DNA from: Nitrospirota bacterium
GTDB lineage: Bacteria > Nitrospirota > UBA9217
Assembly (NCBI GenBank): GCA_963741205.1
Contig: CAVUHW010000034.1
Span: forward strand, 1 to 64,000
Reading direction: 5' to 3'
DNA length: 64,000 nucleotides
The first letter of the stretch is position 1. Every line of letters starts with the position of its first letter. The notes below the pieces were generated by a model. It was given only the letters and a program-made list of their open reading frames with translations, was not told the DNA's origin and searched no databases. This document shows, piece after piece, positions 25,354 through 38,202 of the stretch. The translations under genes were made by a program, and so were the position numbers.

Positions 25354-25934
25354 GTTGGGCGGATTTGGCTAGAGGTTCAAATACCGCACATCACACAGAG
25401 AAAGGGCAAATGACCATGTCCACAAACACCGTCAGTCTACACCGTGTTCTTCGTGCCACGCCCGAAAGAGTCTATCGGGCATTTCTCGATGCCGACGCAA
25501 TGGCTAAATGGCTTCCCCCGAATGGATTCACCGGCAAGGTTCACCATATTGACGCCAAAGTTGGCGGCACCTATAAGATGTCATTCACGAACTTCTCGAC
25601 AGGTCAAAGCCACTCTTTTGGCGGTAAATATCTTGAACTGGTTCCCAATGAACGCATTCGTCACACGGACAAGTTCGACGACCCTAACCTGCCGGGGGAA
25701 ATGCAGACAACCGTTTCCCTAAGACAGGTATCTGTCGGCACTGAGCTGGACATAGTGCAAGAAGGGATCCCCCAAGTCATCCCGCCAGAGGCCTGCTACC
25801 TCGGCTGGCAAGAATCGCTCACTCTGCTTGCGCAGCTCGTCGAGGCAGAGATTCCAGGATGACAAAGGAACGCCTAATTCCTCGTTCAACCCGGACCCAG
25901 GCACAGGCGCCTGGTCCGGTCAACGTCTTCCGTT
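25354..25934 (+). mobile_element. putative solitary integron gene cassette with degenerate attC
   Basis: GTTGGGC core site at 25354; attC-like GCCTAAT..GTTCAACC..GGTCAAC..GTT at 25872-25934. Confidence 0.55.
25397..25862 (+). CDS. SRPBCC/AHSA1 family protein
   Basis: HRVLRATPERVYRAF..WLPP..GWQESL. Confidence 0.9.
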
Positions 25935-26050
25935 CATATGCACTACCCGCCGAAGCTGCGTGAGGGAGTAAAGGTACTTGCTTCGGGTGAATTCATTGCA
26001 TTTTATAAAAAAGAAAGAGGCTCTAAAAAGTAAAGGAATGATATAAGCCC

Positions 26051-26437
26051 ATGGACCGTCCTGCCTTTGAAAAGCTCGTTGAAAAATCCCTTGAGCGACT
26101 TCCTAAAAAATTTAAAAAGAAACTCCAAAACATCATGATCGAGATCGAGGACAAGCCCCCGCAGGAGGTCCTTGAGGACATGGGGATAGAGACGGGTACA
26201 CTCTTCGGGCTCTACCAGGGCGTACCGCTCACGGAGCGGGAATGGAATTTCGGGAACGCGCTTCCGGACCGGATCATCATTTATCAAAAGCCCATCGAGG
26301 GCGCGGCAGCCTCGTCGGAAGAAATCGAAGAGATCGTCCTGGATACGGTGGTGCATGAGATCGGTCATTATTTCGGGTTTGATGACAATGAATTATACAA
26401 GATAGAGGACGGGAAGAGGAAAGGGCGTGGAAAGTAA
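26051..26437 (+). CDS. zincin-like metallopeptidase family protein
   Basis: GLYQGVP, PDRI, HEIGHYFG. Confidence 0.88.
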   Translation: MDRPAFEKLVEKSLERLPKKFKKKLQNIMIEIEDKPPQEVLEDMGIETGTLFGLYQGVPLTEREWNFGNALPDRIIIYQKPIEGAAASSEEIEEIVLDTVVHEIGHYFGFDDNELYKIEDGKRKGRGK

Positions 26438-26512
26438 GACGGCAGGAACAAGGAAGGCTGTTCGGCACCGCATTTCAAAATTATGAAACCGATGAACCGG
26501 GGAAGAACACTT

Positions 26513-26630
26513 GGACGCGGATTTGCGCAGATGCACGCAGCTATTCAAGAGCTCGAGTCAAAAGCTCAAGCCGCCTTTTTGGTTTATCAGCGAAAATCTG
26601 CGTTCATCTGCGTCCAACTGCGTTGTTAGG
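26513..26630. repeat. palindromic repeat with CGCAGAT/ATCTGCG arms
   Basis: TTGGACGCGGAT..ATCTGCGTCCAA; related copies at 36211-36372 and 48345-48385. Confidence 0.6.
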
Positions 26631-26670
26631 ATGAATAATTACCGCACATGACAACGCCGGGTCGTCGACG

Positions 26671-26994
26671 CTAAATAAGCCTTTTTTTCTCCAGCACGTC
26701 ATCCACCCAGGAGAGAGCGGCTGAAACCGTGGGGAAGCCGATGGTGCTGGTCAAGAGGACGATCGCGTGGCGGATCTCCTCCGGCTTCGCCCCGGCACGC
26801 GATGGCCCGCCGGGTGTGAGAGTGCACCGATCCCTCGGAGCGTATGGCTGCCGCCGCGGCGAGCTGGATCAGTTCCGACATCTTCTTGTTCAACGGGCCG
26901 GCCGATTGGCAGCCCTGCCCAATCCGTCAAGCGCCTTGATCACTCCTTTGTACTTGTTCATGATGCTGGTGTACTGCTGGGGATATTTCGGCAT
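26671..26994 (-). CDS. carboxymuconolactone decarboxylase (AhpD-like) family protein (frameshifted)
   Basis: GPLNKKMSELIQL..SEGSVHSHTRRA..TIGFP; GAGGA RBS. Confidence 0.8.
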
Positions 26995-27151
26995 CGGTTC
27001 CTCCTTTGTAAATAAAATGATAAACCTTTCAAGAACGACATGTACCGCCGTAGTTTAATCTGTCGTTTAAAATCAAGTTTATGCAAACAGGACCGAAGAG
27101 TCAAGTAAATGCCGTTTGACATCCCACGAACGGATGTGCTACGTTTTATGC

Positions 27152-28023
27152 ATGGACACTGCCGGCTACCTTCATAACGTCGTGGCCGTCCTTGCGAATG
27201 AGATCGGCATCAGAAGTTATCGGGACCATGACCGTCTTCAAAAAGCCGCGGGCTACATTACCTCGCAGCTCACTTCGTTTGGATACGAGGTCCTGCGTCA
27301 GCCCTTTGAATTTCGGGGGAACACCTATCACAACATAATCGCCGAACATCCCGGCACGTCCTCGCCGGAAAAGATTCTGGTCATCGGCGCACACTACGAT
27401 ACGGTGCGCACGACAGCCGGGGGCTGACGATAACGCAAGCGGCGTCGCCGGCATGCTCGGCCTGGCGCAGGCCCTGGCGCGGACCCGGTTGGAAAAAACG
27501 GTCAGGTTCGTCGCCTTCTGTCTTGAGGAGCGGCCTGCACACCGGTCCAGGAAACATGGGGAGCTACCACTATGCACAAAGCCTGAAAGTAAAGACATGA
27601 ACAAGTGGACGGAATGATCTGCCTCGAGATGATCGGATATTTCAGCGACCGGGCCGGCAGCCAGCACTATCCCTTTCCTTTCATGAACCGCGTGTACCCC
27701 GGGACCGGCAACTTTATCGCTATGGTGGGGAATATACGTTCGCGGGCCTTAACGAAGTCAGTGGCAGAGGAGTTTCGATAAGGCCGTCGATCTGCCCGTT
27801 GTCACGCTCAATGCGCCGGCGATCGTGGTCGGCATCGATTTTTCCGACCATTGGTCGTTCGGCAAGTTCGGATACAAGGCGTGCATGGTGACGGACACGG
27901 CGTTTTACCGGAATCCGCACTATCATCCCCCGACGGACCTCCCGGAGACCCTGGATTACGCAACGGATGGCGCAAGTCGTATCCGGCTTGCAGGCGGCGG
28001 TTGAGAAGTGGGGGAGGATGTGA
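27152..28023 (+). CDS. M28 family peptidase (frameshifted)
   Basis: IGAHYD, GADDNASG, LEMIGYF, FSDHWSF, YRNPHYH. Confidence 0.88.
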
Positions 28024-28315
28024 GTGCAGAGTTCAAAGTTCAGAGTCCAAAATTTGGAGTGAGGAGCGGACCTAAAGCGGAATTCACCCTGCACTCGCGC
28101 AAGCACTCGTAATCGCTGGGTGCAGGCTGAACGCAGAATGCATCGTGGAAGAGTGACTGTATCATTGTGCGCTACGACCTCGTGTTGACCTTCCCGTTTT
28201 CCCGCCGTATTTTGTCGTTTTCACAAAAATCAGTTTGACATTCCCGCATCACCATTATATTCTGTGCATAGAGAGACCGCAGAACCTTTTCGATCGCGGG
28301 AAATAGAGGCATGAC

Positions 28316-30930
28316 ATGATCCTGAATAAGATCCGGGAGGCCGCGGACCGGCATCCCGATCGCATCGCGATCCAGATAAAAACGGGTGACCGCTATCAGA
28401 AGCACACCTACCGGGATCTCATGAGCGGCATCGCTTCGGTCTCCAGTGCGCTCGCTGAACTGGGGATTGAAAAAGGCGACCGCGTTGCGCTTCTTTCCGA
28501 AAATCGCCCGGAGTGGATGATCGCGTACCTCTCGGTAGTGTCCCTGGGCGCCGTCATCGTACCCCTCGATGCGCAGTTTACCGACAACGAGGTTGCCCTG
28601 CTCCTCGCGGATTCCGGGGCGAAGGCCGTCTTTGTTTCGGCAGTGACGAGACAGAAGCTTCCTACGCAGCGCTTCGCTCACAGTCATATCGTTCGACCCG
28701 GACGGGGACAAGCAGTTCTCCGAGATGCTGACGGCTCATCCCGATGCGGGGCTTCCGCCGGCGCCCGCGCGCGGGAGACCTGGCCGCGATCCTGTACACG
28801 TCCGGAACGACCGGCGACCCCAAAGGGGTCATGCTCTCGCACGGCAACCTCGCCTCAAACTGCGAGAGCGTCATCAAGCCTTAATCTCGTCGACGAAAAG
28901 GACAACCTCCTCTGCCTGCTTCCACTCCATCATTCGTATCCCGCGATGGCCTGCATTCTGCTGACGCTCTCCGTGGGCGCCACGGCGACGATCCTGAACA
29001 GCCTGAAAGGTCCCGACATCCTTGCCTGCATCCAGGCCACGGGCGTTACCGTCCTGGTCGGCGTGCCGCAGCTTTTCGCGGGGCTCCGGCGCGCCATCTT
29101 CGAGGGGATCAACAAAAAGCCCGCGCCGGTGCGCGCGCTCGTTACGCTGCTTCTCCGCGCGAACGGCCTGCTCAGGAAGACCGTTGGCCTTAATATCGGC
29201 AAATCCCTTTTTCGCGAAGTGCATGCCAGATTCGGGCCGCGGTTCAGGATTGCGGCGAGCGGAGGCGCGCGGCTCGAACCCGATGTGTATACCGACATGA
29301 CCAACCTCGGGTTCACCGTCATCGAGGGCTACGGCCTGACCGAGACCTCCCCGGTCAGCACCTTCAATCCGCTCGACAGGCAGAAGGCGGGCTCCATCGG
29401 GATCCCGGTGCCCGGCGTGGAGGTCAGGATCGCGGAACCCGATGAGAACGGCCAGGGCGAGATCGCGATCCGCGGACCGAACGTCATGCTTGGCTACTAT
29501 AAAAAACCGCAGGAGACCGCGGAAGTGCTGCGGGACGGCTGGTTCTACTCGGGTGATCTCGGCTACCGCGATAGGGACGGGTATTTTTTCATTACCGGCA
29601 GGTCCAAGGAGATGATCGTCCTTTCCACGGGCAAGAAGATCTTTCCCGAAGAGCTCGAAAAATATTACAAGAAGATCCCCTCCATCAAGGAGATATGCCT
29701 CATCCAGGGAGAGCGCGGGATCGAGGCCGCCGTGGTCCCGGACTTCGACTATCTCCGGAAGATGAACCTGGCCAACTCGCGCGAGACGATCGCCTTCGCG
29801 ATCGAAGACCTCGCCAAGGACCTTCCGCCGTACAAACGGATCACGGGGCTCAAGATATTCAAGGACTCCCTCCCGGTCACGCGGCTGGGCAAGCTCCGCC
29901 GGACCAAGGTGAGGGAGCTCTATGAACGTACGGGCGAGCGCGCGGAAAAAGCGGTGCAGGAGGTGGATGCCGGGCTGCTTGCGGACCCGGTGATGAAAAA
30001 ACTGCTGGCATGCCTCGAGCCGTTTTCCCCGAAGAAGAACATCGTGCCCGACGACAACCTGGAGCTCGACCTGGGACTCGACTCGCTCGCCCGGGTTGAA
30101 CTGGTGGTAAGCATCGAAAAATCGTTCGGCATCAGCCTGCCGGATTCATTCGGCTCCGAGGTCTTCACCGTGAAGGATGCGGTCTTGAAGATCAAGGAGC
30201 TGCTGGCCTCCGGGACGGTCGCGGCGGGGAAAGGCGTCAAGATGACCTGGGCCGATATCCTGTCCCAGGAGCCTTCGGAGGACTTGAAGGCGCAGCTCGA
30301 GCTTGATTCGGGGACCTTCTGCAGCGGTGCGCGACGCCTGCTCACGCTTATGCTCAGGTGCTTCCTCGTCGATCTACGGCCGTCTGTCGATTCGCGGAAC
30401 GGAAAACCTGCCGAAGGCGGGCCCTTTCATCATAGCGCCGAACCACCTGAGCCTCGCCGATGCGCCGGCGGTCATGTGCACTCTTCCCTGGACGATCACC
30501 GCGCAGACCTTCTTCCTCGGGACAACGGATTTTTTCGGCGGCACCGTCACTTCCCGCATAGCCAAACTTATCCATGTGATTCCCGTGGACATGGAGACGC
30601 GGCTCTCCAGCGCGATGCAGCTCTCCGCCCATGTTCTGCGCCGCGGAAAGGTCCTCTGCGTGTTCCCCGAGGGCGGCCGTTCGCGTGACGGCGGGATCAA
30701 GGAGTTCAAGAAGGGCGTCGGGATCATCTCCAGGGAACTGAACATCCCGATCGTCCCGGTGGCCATCCGGGGGACCTATGAAATGATGCCCGCCGGCAGG
30801 AAACTGCCGAGGCCGGCGAAGATTAGTCGTTGTCTTCGGCAAGCCGATTTATCCCGACGGCATGGACTACGACGAGATCGTGAAGAAGCTCTATCAGGAA
30901 GTCGTGAAAATGCTGGAAGAGGACAAATAA
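28316..30930 (+). CDS. long-chain acyl-CoA synthetase / ACP / PlsC acyltransferase fusion (frameshifted)
   Basis: YTSGTTG.PKG, GYGLTE, LGLDSL (ACP), NHLSLAD and FPEGGR (acyltransferase). Confidence 0.9.
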
Positions 30931-31061
30931 ACAGAGGCGGTATGCCGTAAGCGAGTTACAAACTGTCACCCGAATGCATCGGGAATCCCAGACATTCAAG
31001 CGATTCCGTGAATCATCGGAATACAATGGATGTTTTGTTGCCGACTGACTGCTATCATCTC

Positions 31062-31916
31062 ATGTTAAAAAAATCAAGATCATCCTCGAGATGATCAAGT
31101 TCGAACATACGATCTTTGCGCTGCCGTTTGCCTTCACGGGGGCGCTGCTTGCCGCGCGGGGCATTCCGTCGTGGAGAACGGTCCTCTGGATCACGGTTGC
31201 CATGGTGGGAGCGCGTTCGGCAGCCATGGGATTCAATCGCTGGGCGGACCGGGGGATCGATGCGGAGAACCCCAGAACGAAGAGCCGGGCGCTGCCGATG
31301 GGACTCGTATCGCCGGGACAGGTCATCGTCTTTACCGCCGTTTCGTCGGCGGTGCTGGTCTTTGCAGCCTACAAACTGAACCCGCTCTGTTTTTATCTCT
31401 CGCCCGCTGGCGCTGGGGATCGTGTTCCTGTATTCCTATACCAAGCGGTTCACCTTTCTGGCGCACGCGTTTCTGGGGCTCGCCATCTCGGGTTCTCCCC
31501 TGGGCGCCTGGATCGCGGTTACGGGACGCTTTGATGCGCCGGCGCTCGTTCTCGGGCTCGCCGTGCTGTTCTGGCTCCTGGGGTTCGACGTGCTCTATGC
31601 CCTGCAGGACATCGATTTCGACCGGAAGGCGGGGCTCCACTCCATCCCGCAGCGGTTCGGGATCAGGCGCTCGCTCTGGATTTCCCGGGCTTCCCACGCG
31701 GTCACAATGGCCGCGCTCTTCTGGCTTGCTTCGCTTCTTTCGCTCGGCTGGTACTATATCGCCGGTGTTTTGATTTCCCTCTGCCTGATCATCTACGAAC
31801 ACACCCTCGTCAGGGAGCAGGACCTCTCAAAGCTCGATTTCGCCTTTTTCAATATGAACGGCTATATCAGCGTAACGATTTTTTTCTTCACGCTCCTTGA
31901 CGTGTCATTCCGATAA
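31062..31916 (+). CDS. UbiA-family prenyltransferase (MqnP-like)
   Basis: [42 protein letters not shown]. Confidence 0.9.
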
Positions 31917-32122
31917 CTGTTCTGCGGGCGGTCCTCTTTTACGTTGTCCTCCATAATTGACAAATACCGGAAAAGCTGATAATGTCATTCCAGTTTCTTT
32001 TTGGTAGGCGTCCCGAAGATCGCTCGGGACGTGATATGACGCATGGATAACAGAAAAACACGCAAACTGAAGTTTGCGGCTACAGTAATGATGAAATAAT
32101 TCCAAGGAGAAAAGGAGAAAGT

Positions 32123-32826
32123 ATGAACGTACGTGCTGTAATCATTTCATTATGCATGGTATTTTTAGTGAGCCCGGTATTCGGTGATGAGAAGGAGGAG
32201 TTCAAAACCCCGAAAGGACAAGCTGAGCTATGCGCTGGGCGCGGATATGGGCAACAACCTGAAGAAATTCGATATTGATGTGAACGCGGACGTTTACATA
32301 AAAGGAATGAAGGACGCGATGTCAGGCGGCAAGGTGCTTTTAACGGAACGAGGAGATCAAGGCGATCATCATGTCCCTGCAGAAAGACCTTCAGACCAAA
32401 CAGCAGGAAAAGATGAAGGCGCAGGGCGAAAAGAACAAGAAAGAGGGCGAGGCGTTCCTCGCCGAGAATAAGAAGAAGGAAGGCGTGAAGACCCTGCCCA
32501 GCGGCCTCGAGTACAAGGTCATCACGGAAGGGAAAGGCAAGTCTCCCAAGGACACGGACACCGTGACGGTCCACTACAAAGGAACACTCATCGACGGGAC
32601 GGAGTTCGACAGCTCGTACAAGCGCAACGAGCCGGCGACCTTCCCGGTGAACGGCGTGATCAAGGGCTGGACCGAGGCGCTGCAGCTCATGAAAGAGGGC
32701 TCGAAGTGGCAGCTCTTCATCCCTGCGAACCTCGCCTACGGCGAGGGCGGCAGGCCGGGGATTCCCCCGAATTCGGTCCTGATCTTCGAGGTTGAGCTGA
32801 TCAAGGTCGGGGCGAAGGAAAAATAA
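32123..32826 (+). CDS. FKBP-type peptidyl-prolyl isomerase (Mip-like; frameshifted)
   Basis: SYALG; [15 protein letters not shown]; VIKGWTEAL; [13 protein letters not shown]. Confidence 0.95.
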
Positions 32827-32863
32827 GGATCTGTTCCGAGTAGGATGAAATACCACATATGCT

Positions 32864-32936
32864 GTCATTCCGGGCTTGACCCGGAATCCAGTTTCTTTGC
32901 CGTGATAAAATGGATTCCCGCTTTCGCGGGAATGAC
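32864..32936. repeat. REP-like GTCATTCC..GGAATGAC element
   Basis: Right arm TGGATTCCCGCTTTCGCGGGAATGAC identical to the 17216 copy. Confidence 0.75.
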
Positions 32937-33009
32937 AGGCTCAGTGGATTCGAATTAGAACTGTGTTCAATTCCGATCATTCAAAGTAGGGGGCGTATGT
33001 CAATGCCCC

Positions 33010-33841
33010 CTATTCTTTTTCCCATTCCTTCAGTTTCCCCGTGATAAAATCGATGATCTGCTGATGTTCCTCGTTTCCGCGGTCCTTGATCAAGAGCGGT
33101 TTCCCGAATGCAAAGTGAACGGTCTTGGCCGGGTCGATCCTGCCGAAATCCTTGAGAGCGCGCCGTTGCCCCAGGCATCGGTCTTGAGCGCGATGGGGAC
33201 GACCGGCACGCCGGCTCGTTTCGCGAGCTTTATGCCGATGGTGTTGAACTGGTCGCGGTCAAAGGCTGCGAGCCGCGTGGTTTGCGGAAAGATGATGATC
33301 GATATGCCCGCCTTCAGCCTCTCGGTCCCCCCTTCCAGAACAGCCTTCAGATCGTCGCGCGGGTTCGACCTGCCTACGGTGACCGGGTCCCTCGCCCGCA
33401 TCACGTATTTGAAGACCGGATATTCCACGAGGCTCTGCTTGACGACGAAGGTCGCGTCCTTGATCGGCGCGATGAGGACCGGAAGGACGAAGGTCTCGAG
33501 CGTGCTCATGTGGTTGCCGATGAACACGCAGGGCCCGTCGAACGTTCGGAAGTTGTCGATGCCGTCGATCTCGATGCTGACGCCCACCTGCTCAAGGGCG
33601 CGCAGCGTTGCAGAGGCTGCTTTCGCACCAATCCTTCGTATCATACCGTCCCTGTTTTGCCTTTCTGCTTGCCCGCACGACGATCTCGAACAATCTGGGC
33701 GTAAAAGGCGAACGACGGCATCAGCCTGGCGGTCAGGGAAATATTCCGGGGCTCTGTGCGATAGGTGTTTCGGTCAAATCTCAAATGTTCCACAACGGCG
33801 CTCCGTGCCTGAAAAGATGGATTTTGGGCTTTCCTGTTCAT
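33010..33841 (-). CDS. lysophospholipid acyltransferase (frameshifted)
   Basis: GNHMSTLE, FPQTTR, VVPIAL; start uncertain. Confidence 0.82.
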
Positions 33842-33975
33842 GGCAGACGCTAAAACGTTGACCATGAAGAAAAGCAGTATACCATGAGTGACAACGAGAG
33901 TGAAGAGGGAATGAGGATCGGGACGGCTGAAAAAATAGCTTGCAATGGACTGATGAAAAAGAGAAAATAGGCGCC

Positions 33976-35536
33976 ATGACGACACGAACACTCAGGAAGG
34001 ACGTAGCGCAGATGGTGATGCCGAGGATCGACGGCGAGAAACTCGACGATCCGCGCTATGTCCTGAAACTGCGGGAGCTCATCGCCGAAGGGGTCGGCGG
34101 CTTCATTCTGTTCGGAGGTTCCGTGGACCGGACGCCGGGGCTTCTGCGGACACTCCAGGAATATGCGGAAATTCCTCTTTTGATCGCATCCGATATCGAG
34201 CGCGGTCTCGGCCAGCAGCTATCGGGAGGCACGCGTTTTCCGAGTCAGCGCGCGGTGGCCTCGGCAATCAACCGCCGCTCAAAAAAAGACGTTGCCGTTC
34301 TTGACCGGATGCTGGACGCCGTTCGCCTCGAAGCGCGGTCAGCCGGAATTCACGCGGTCTTCTCACCGGTCGTCGATGTGAACAACAATCCGGACAACCC
34401 GATCATCTGCACCCGGGCCTTCGGCGACGAGCCCGAGGTGGTTGAGTGGTTCGGTTCGCGGTATATTAAGCGGCTTCAGAAACCGCCGGGGCAGGGCAGG
34501 CTGGAGCTTCTGGCCTGCGCCAAGCACTTTCCCGGCCACGGGGACACGGACCAGGATTCTCATTCGGTCCTCCCGGTCATTCGGGCGGACAGGGCGCGCT
34601 TGAACCGGGTGGAGCTCCCGCCGTTCCGCGAGGCGGTAAAGGACGGCGTAGGCATGGTGATGGTGGCGCACCTGCTCGTCCCCGCCCTCGACCCGGATAA
34701 GCCGACGACATTCTCGAAAAAAACCATCACGGCGCTGCTCCGGGAAGGCATGGAGTTCGACGGGTTGATCGTGTCGGACGCGCTCGATATGGGCGCCCTC
34801 GCCGGGGTCCTATTCTCAGGCAGAGATCGCGGTGAGGGCCGTGGAGGCGGGGATGGACATCCTGCTTCATCCCGAAGCCGCGCCGGCGACCATCGACGCC
34901 GTCGTTTCCGCCGTTGAGCAGGGAAGGCTTACCAGCGGGCGCATCGCTGAATCCGTAGAACGGATCACGGCCGCCAAGAAGAAACTGGGCCTCTTCGACA
35001 AGCCGACGGCGTCGACGGCCCCGATCGATTATGAGAAGCACCGTCTTATTGCCCGGGAAATCGGCCGCAAAGCAATCCGCATTATTTCAGGCGACAAAAA
35101 ACTGTTTCCCCTCCCGCAGCGGGCGGGCGTCGCTTGCTTTATCCTCGATGACGACAACAACACCGAGTCGGGAAACGCCCTCATCCACGCCCTGCGTGAC
35201 GGCTTCAGGAATCTGTCCGTCCTGGTCCTGACGCCGGGCACGGAGTTGCCGGAGTCACTGGCGCTCGACTGCATACGGGCGGCGGACATTGTTGTCCTCG
35301 CATTATTTTCCAGGATATCCGCGTCCAAAGGACGGTCAGGAATTACGGATAAGCTCCGCAAGCAGGCGGCGGGCATCCTCCACGCCACGAGAGACATGCA
35401 AGGGACGTCGGTCGTCATTTCCTTTGACAGCCCCTACCTCCTGGACCAGTTCCCTGAAGCAGATGTGCGCATCGCCGCGTTCGACCGCATGCATGAGATT
35501 CAAGAGGCGGTTGCGGAAATGCTGATGGGGGGATAG
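33976..35536 (+). CDS. GH3 beta-N-acetylhexosaminidase (frameshift near 34810)
   Basis: SDIERG, KHFPGHG.T..DSH, VSDALDM. Confidence 0.9.
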
Positions 35537-35662
35537 TCAGAAGACAAAATCTTGTCGTATGCGAGTTGACGGGTCTGCGATCCCTTCTGAAGAGCTTTCG
35601 CCATATCATGTAACGCGAAACGCGCAACCCGCCACAGCTTCCGGCTGCGGCCAAAGGCTGCG

Positions 35663-36190
35663 CTAGGGTTTGATCACCGCGACATATGGCAGGTTGCGGC
35701 ACCGCTCGGCACAGTCAACTCCGTAGCCTACTACGAACACATCCTGAATCTCAAAGCCTCGATAAGCGATAGGCACGTCCACGATGCGGCGGGGTTTTTT
35801 GTCCAGGAGAACCACAGCCTTGAGGCTTGCCGGTCCTCTCTTCCGGAACTGCTCGAAGACGCGGGTGAGCGTGAGCCCGGTGTCGATGACCGTGTCCACG
35901 AGGAGCACGTGCCTGCCGGTCACGTCGATATCCACGTCCTTCTTGATGCTGACCTCTCTCGATGACACGGTGGAATTGCCGTAGCTCGACGCGTGCACGA
36001 AGTCGACGGCAGAGGGGATGGTTATACGGCGCATCAGGTCCGCCAGGAATATCACGGCGCCCTTCAGGACGCCGACAAGGACCAGGTCCTTACCGGCGTA
36101 GTCCCGGGATATCTCCCCGGCAAGTTCCTCGACCCGTTTCTCAATGGTCGCCGCGTCGATCAGTATTTCCTGGATTTCGATTTTATTCAT
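35663..36190 (-). CDS. hpt: hypoxanthine phosphoribosyltransferase
   Basis: GVLKGA..F, SSYG, VDTVIDTG, FVVGYG.D..RNLP. Confidence 0.92.
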   Translation of the reverse strand: MNKIEIQEILIDAATIEKRVEELAGEISRDYAGKDLVLVGVLKGAVIFLADLMRRITIPSAVDFVHASSYGNSTVSSREVSIKKDVDIDVTGRHVLLVDTVIDTGLTLTRVFEQFRKRGPASLKAVVLLDKKPRRIVDVPIAYRGFEIQDVFVVGYGVDCAERCRNLPYVAVIKP

Positions 36191-36210
36191 AGCTGGCCTC
36201 GCAGCTGAAG

Positions 36211-36372
36211 AAACACAGATGATTCACGGAACGCAGATAAAATCAGATCAAACGCGGATGAATCAAAATGGACACGGCTCACATTCATGCAGAAAGTTTT
36301 CTCGGCCTCCCTGTCATGATTTATCAGCGTTAAATCTGCTTTGATCCATGTCGATCTGCGTGCAAATGCGTT
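36211..36372. repeat. CGCAGAT/ATCTGCG-type palindromic repeat
   Basis: ACACAGAT, ACGCAGAT, ACGCGGAT arms and ATCTGC complements. Confidence 0.55.
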
Positions 36373-36381
36373 TTCACGGCA

Positions 36382-38092
36382 TCACACAAACAAATCCACG
36401 AAGGTGAACCGGTTCACGTCCACGAGGCCCCTGTCCGTAAGCTTTAATTCGGGAATTACGGGGAGGGCCAGGAAAGACATGGCGCTGAACGGTTCGTCGA
36501 TCTTCACTCCCAGGTGCTGCGCCGCCTGATCGAGCTCCTTGATCTTTTTCGCGACAGAGTCCGCGGGTTTTTCCGACATGAGTCCGGCCACCGGAAGGGG
36601 GAGGCGCGCGAGAACTCTTCCCCGGTCTACGACGACCATCCCCCCGTGCATTTTCCGCATCTCTACGACGGCCTTGAGAATGTCAGCGTCATCCACGCCT
36701 ACGGCGATGATGTTGTGGGAATCGTGCGCGATTGTCGAAGCCAGCGCTCCGGAGGCGAGCCCGAAGCCCTTGACCAGGCCGAAGCCGATGTTACCCGAAG
36801 ACCGGTGGCGCTCGACCACGAGGAGTTTCAGAATATCCCGTTCGGTGTCGGAGATCACGAGGCCGCCTCGGGCCCTGACCGGAAGGACCACCTGCCTCGT
36901 CTCGATCTGGCGAGGTATAAGCTCGATCACCCTCGCCCGGTCTCCCCTGGCCTTGAGCCGCATATGGGAAACATCGAATGCCGGAATCCTGACGGTATTT
37001 GTCGCTTCCGGGTGATCGATGCGTTTAACAGGCACGCGGACCTTCCCCCCGCGGGCGACAAGCCTGCCTTTTTTAAAAACCATCTCCACGTTGAACTTCT
37101 CGAATTGGTCGATGATGACCAGGTCCGCGTCATATCCCGGCGCGACCGCTCCTTTTCCTCGAAGACCGAAATGCAGTGCCGGGTTTATCGTGGCCATGCG
37201 GACAGCGGTTACAGGATCAAGGCCAAGCCCGACCGCCCTCCGGATCATCTGATCAACGGAGCCGCGTTGCAGATCTCCTGCCTGAAGATCGTCTGTGCAA
37301 AAGCAGAAGGACCGGGAGTTTAACGGGTTGACTGCCGGCAGGAGGGCTTCCAGGTCCTTTGCAGCCGAGCCTTCCCGGATGAATACCGTCATGCCGAGTC
37401 CCACCTTCTCACGCGCTTCTTCGGCAGTAACGCATTCGTGGTCCGAGGATATCCCGGCGCCGATATAAGCCGCGAGTTCCCTGCCGGAAAGGCCGGGCGC
37501 ATGGCCGTCTATGGGCCGGTCGCCGAACCGGGCAAGCTTACGGAGGACCTCATGGTCACCTGCGAGCACACCCGGGTAGTTCATCATCTCGGCCAGGCCG
37601 AGGACCCGTTCATGCCGAAGAAAGGTTGCAAGATCGGCGGTGGAGAGAGTGGCGCCGGAGGTCTCCAGCCTGCTCGTGGGAACGCATGAGGGAAGCATGA
37701 AGTAGAAATCAAGCGGCAGGGCCGCGGTTGCATCGAGAAAATACCTGATGCCCTTTTTGCCCAGGACATTGGCGATCTCGTGAGGGTCGGCCACCACGGC
37801 TGTGACGCCGCGGGGGAGTGCGGCCCTTACGAATTCGGCGGGTACGAGCAGGGAGCTTTCCAGGTGTACGTGACTATCGATGAAGCCGGGCAGGACGATT
37901 TTCGAGGATGCGTCCAGGACGGTCTTCCCGTCGTAGGGCCCGAGGCCGACGACCTTGCCCCGATGGACCGCCACATCGGCCTTTTCAATCAACCCCGGAA
38001 AAGACATTCACGACCCGGCAACCCCGGATTACGAGGTCCGCCCGTTTCAGCCCCCGCGCCGCCATAATTCTTTCTTTCAGGTCGTTGTTCAT
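36382..38092 (-). CDS. ade: adenine deaminase (frameshift near 5' end)
   Basis: IDSHVHLESS, DPHEIANV, DGHAP, SDHE, CTDD, AHDSHN. Confidence 0.95.
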
Positions 38093-38202
38093 GCGTTCAG
38101 AAACTCCGAGTATGCGGTGTAAACCGCCTTTATCAGCCCATTTCTTGCAAAAGATACAACATATTGATAGAATTGTAAAGAGAGGCTGTAGAGAGGGAGG
38201 CG

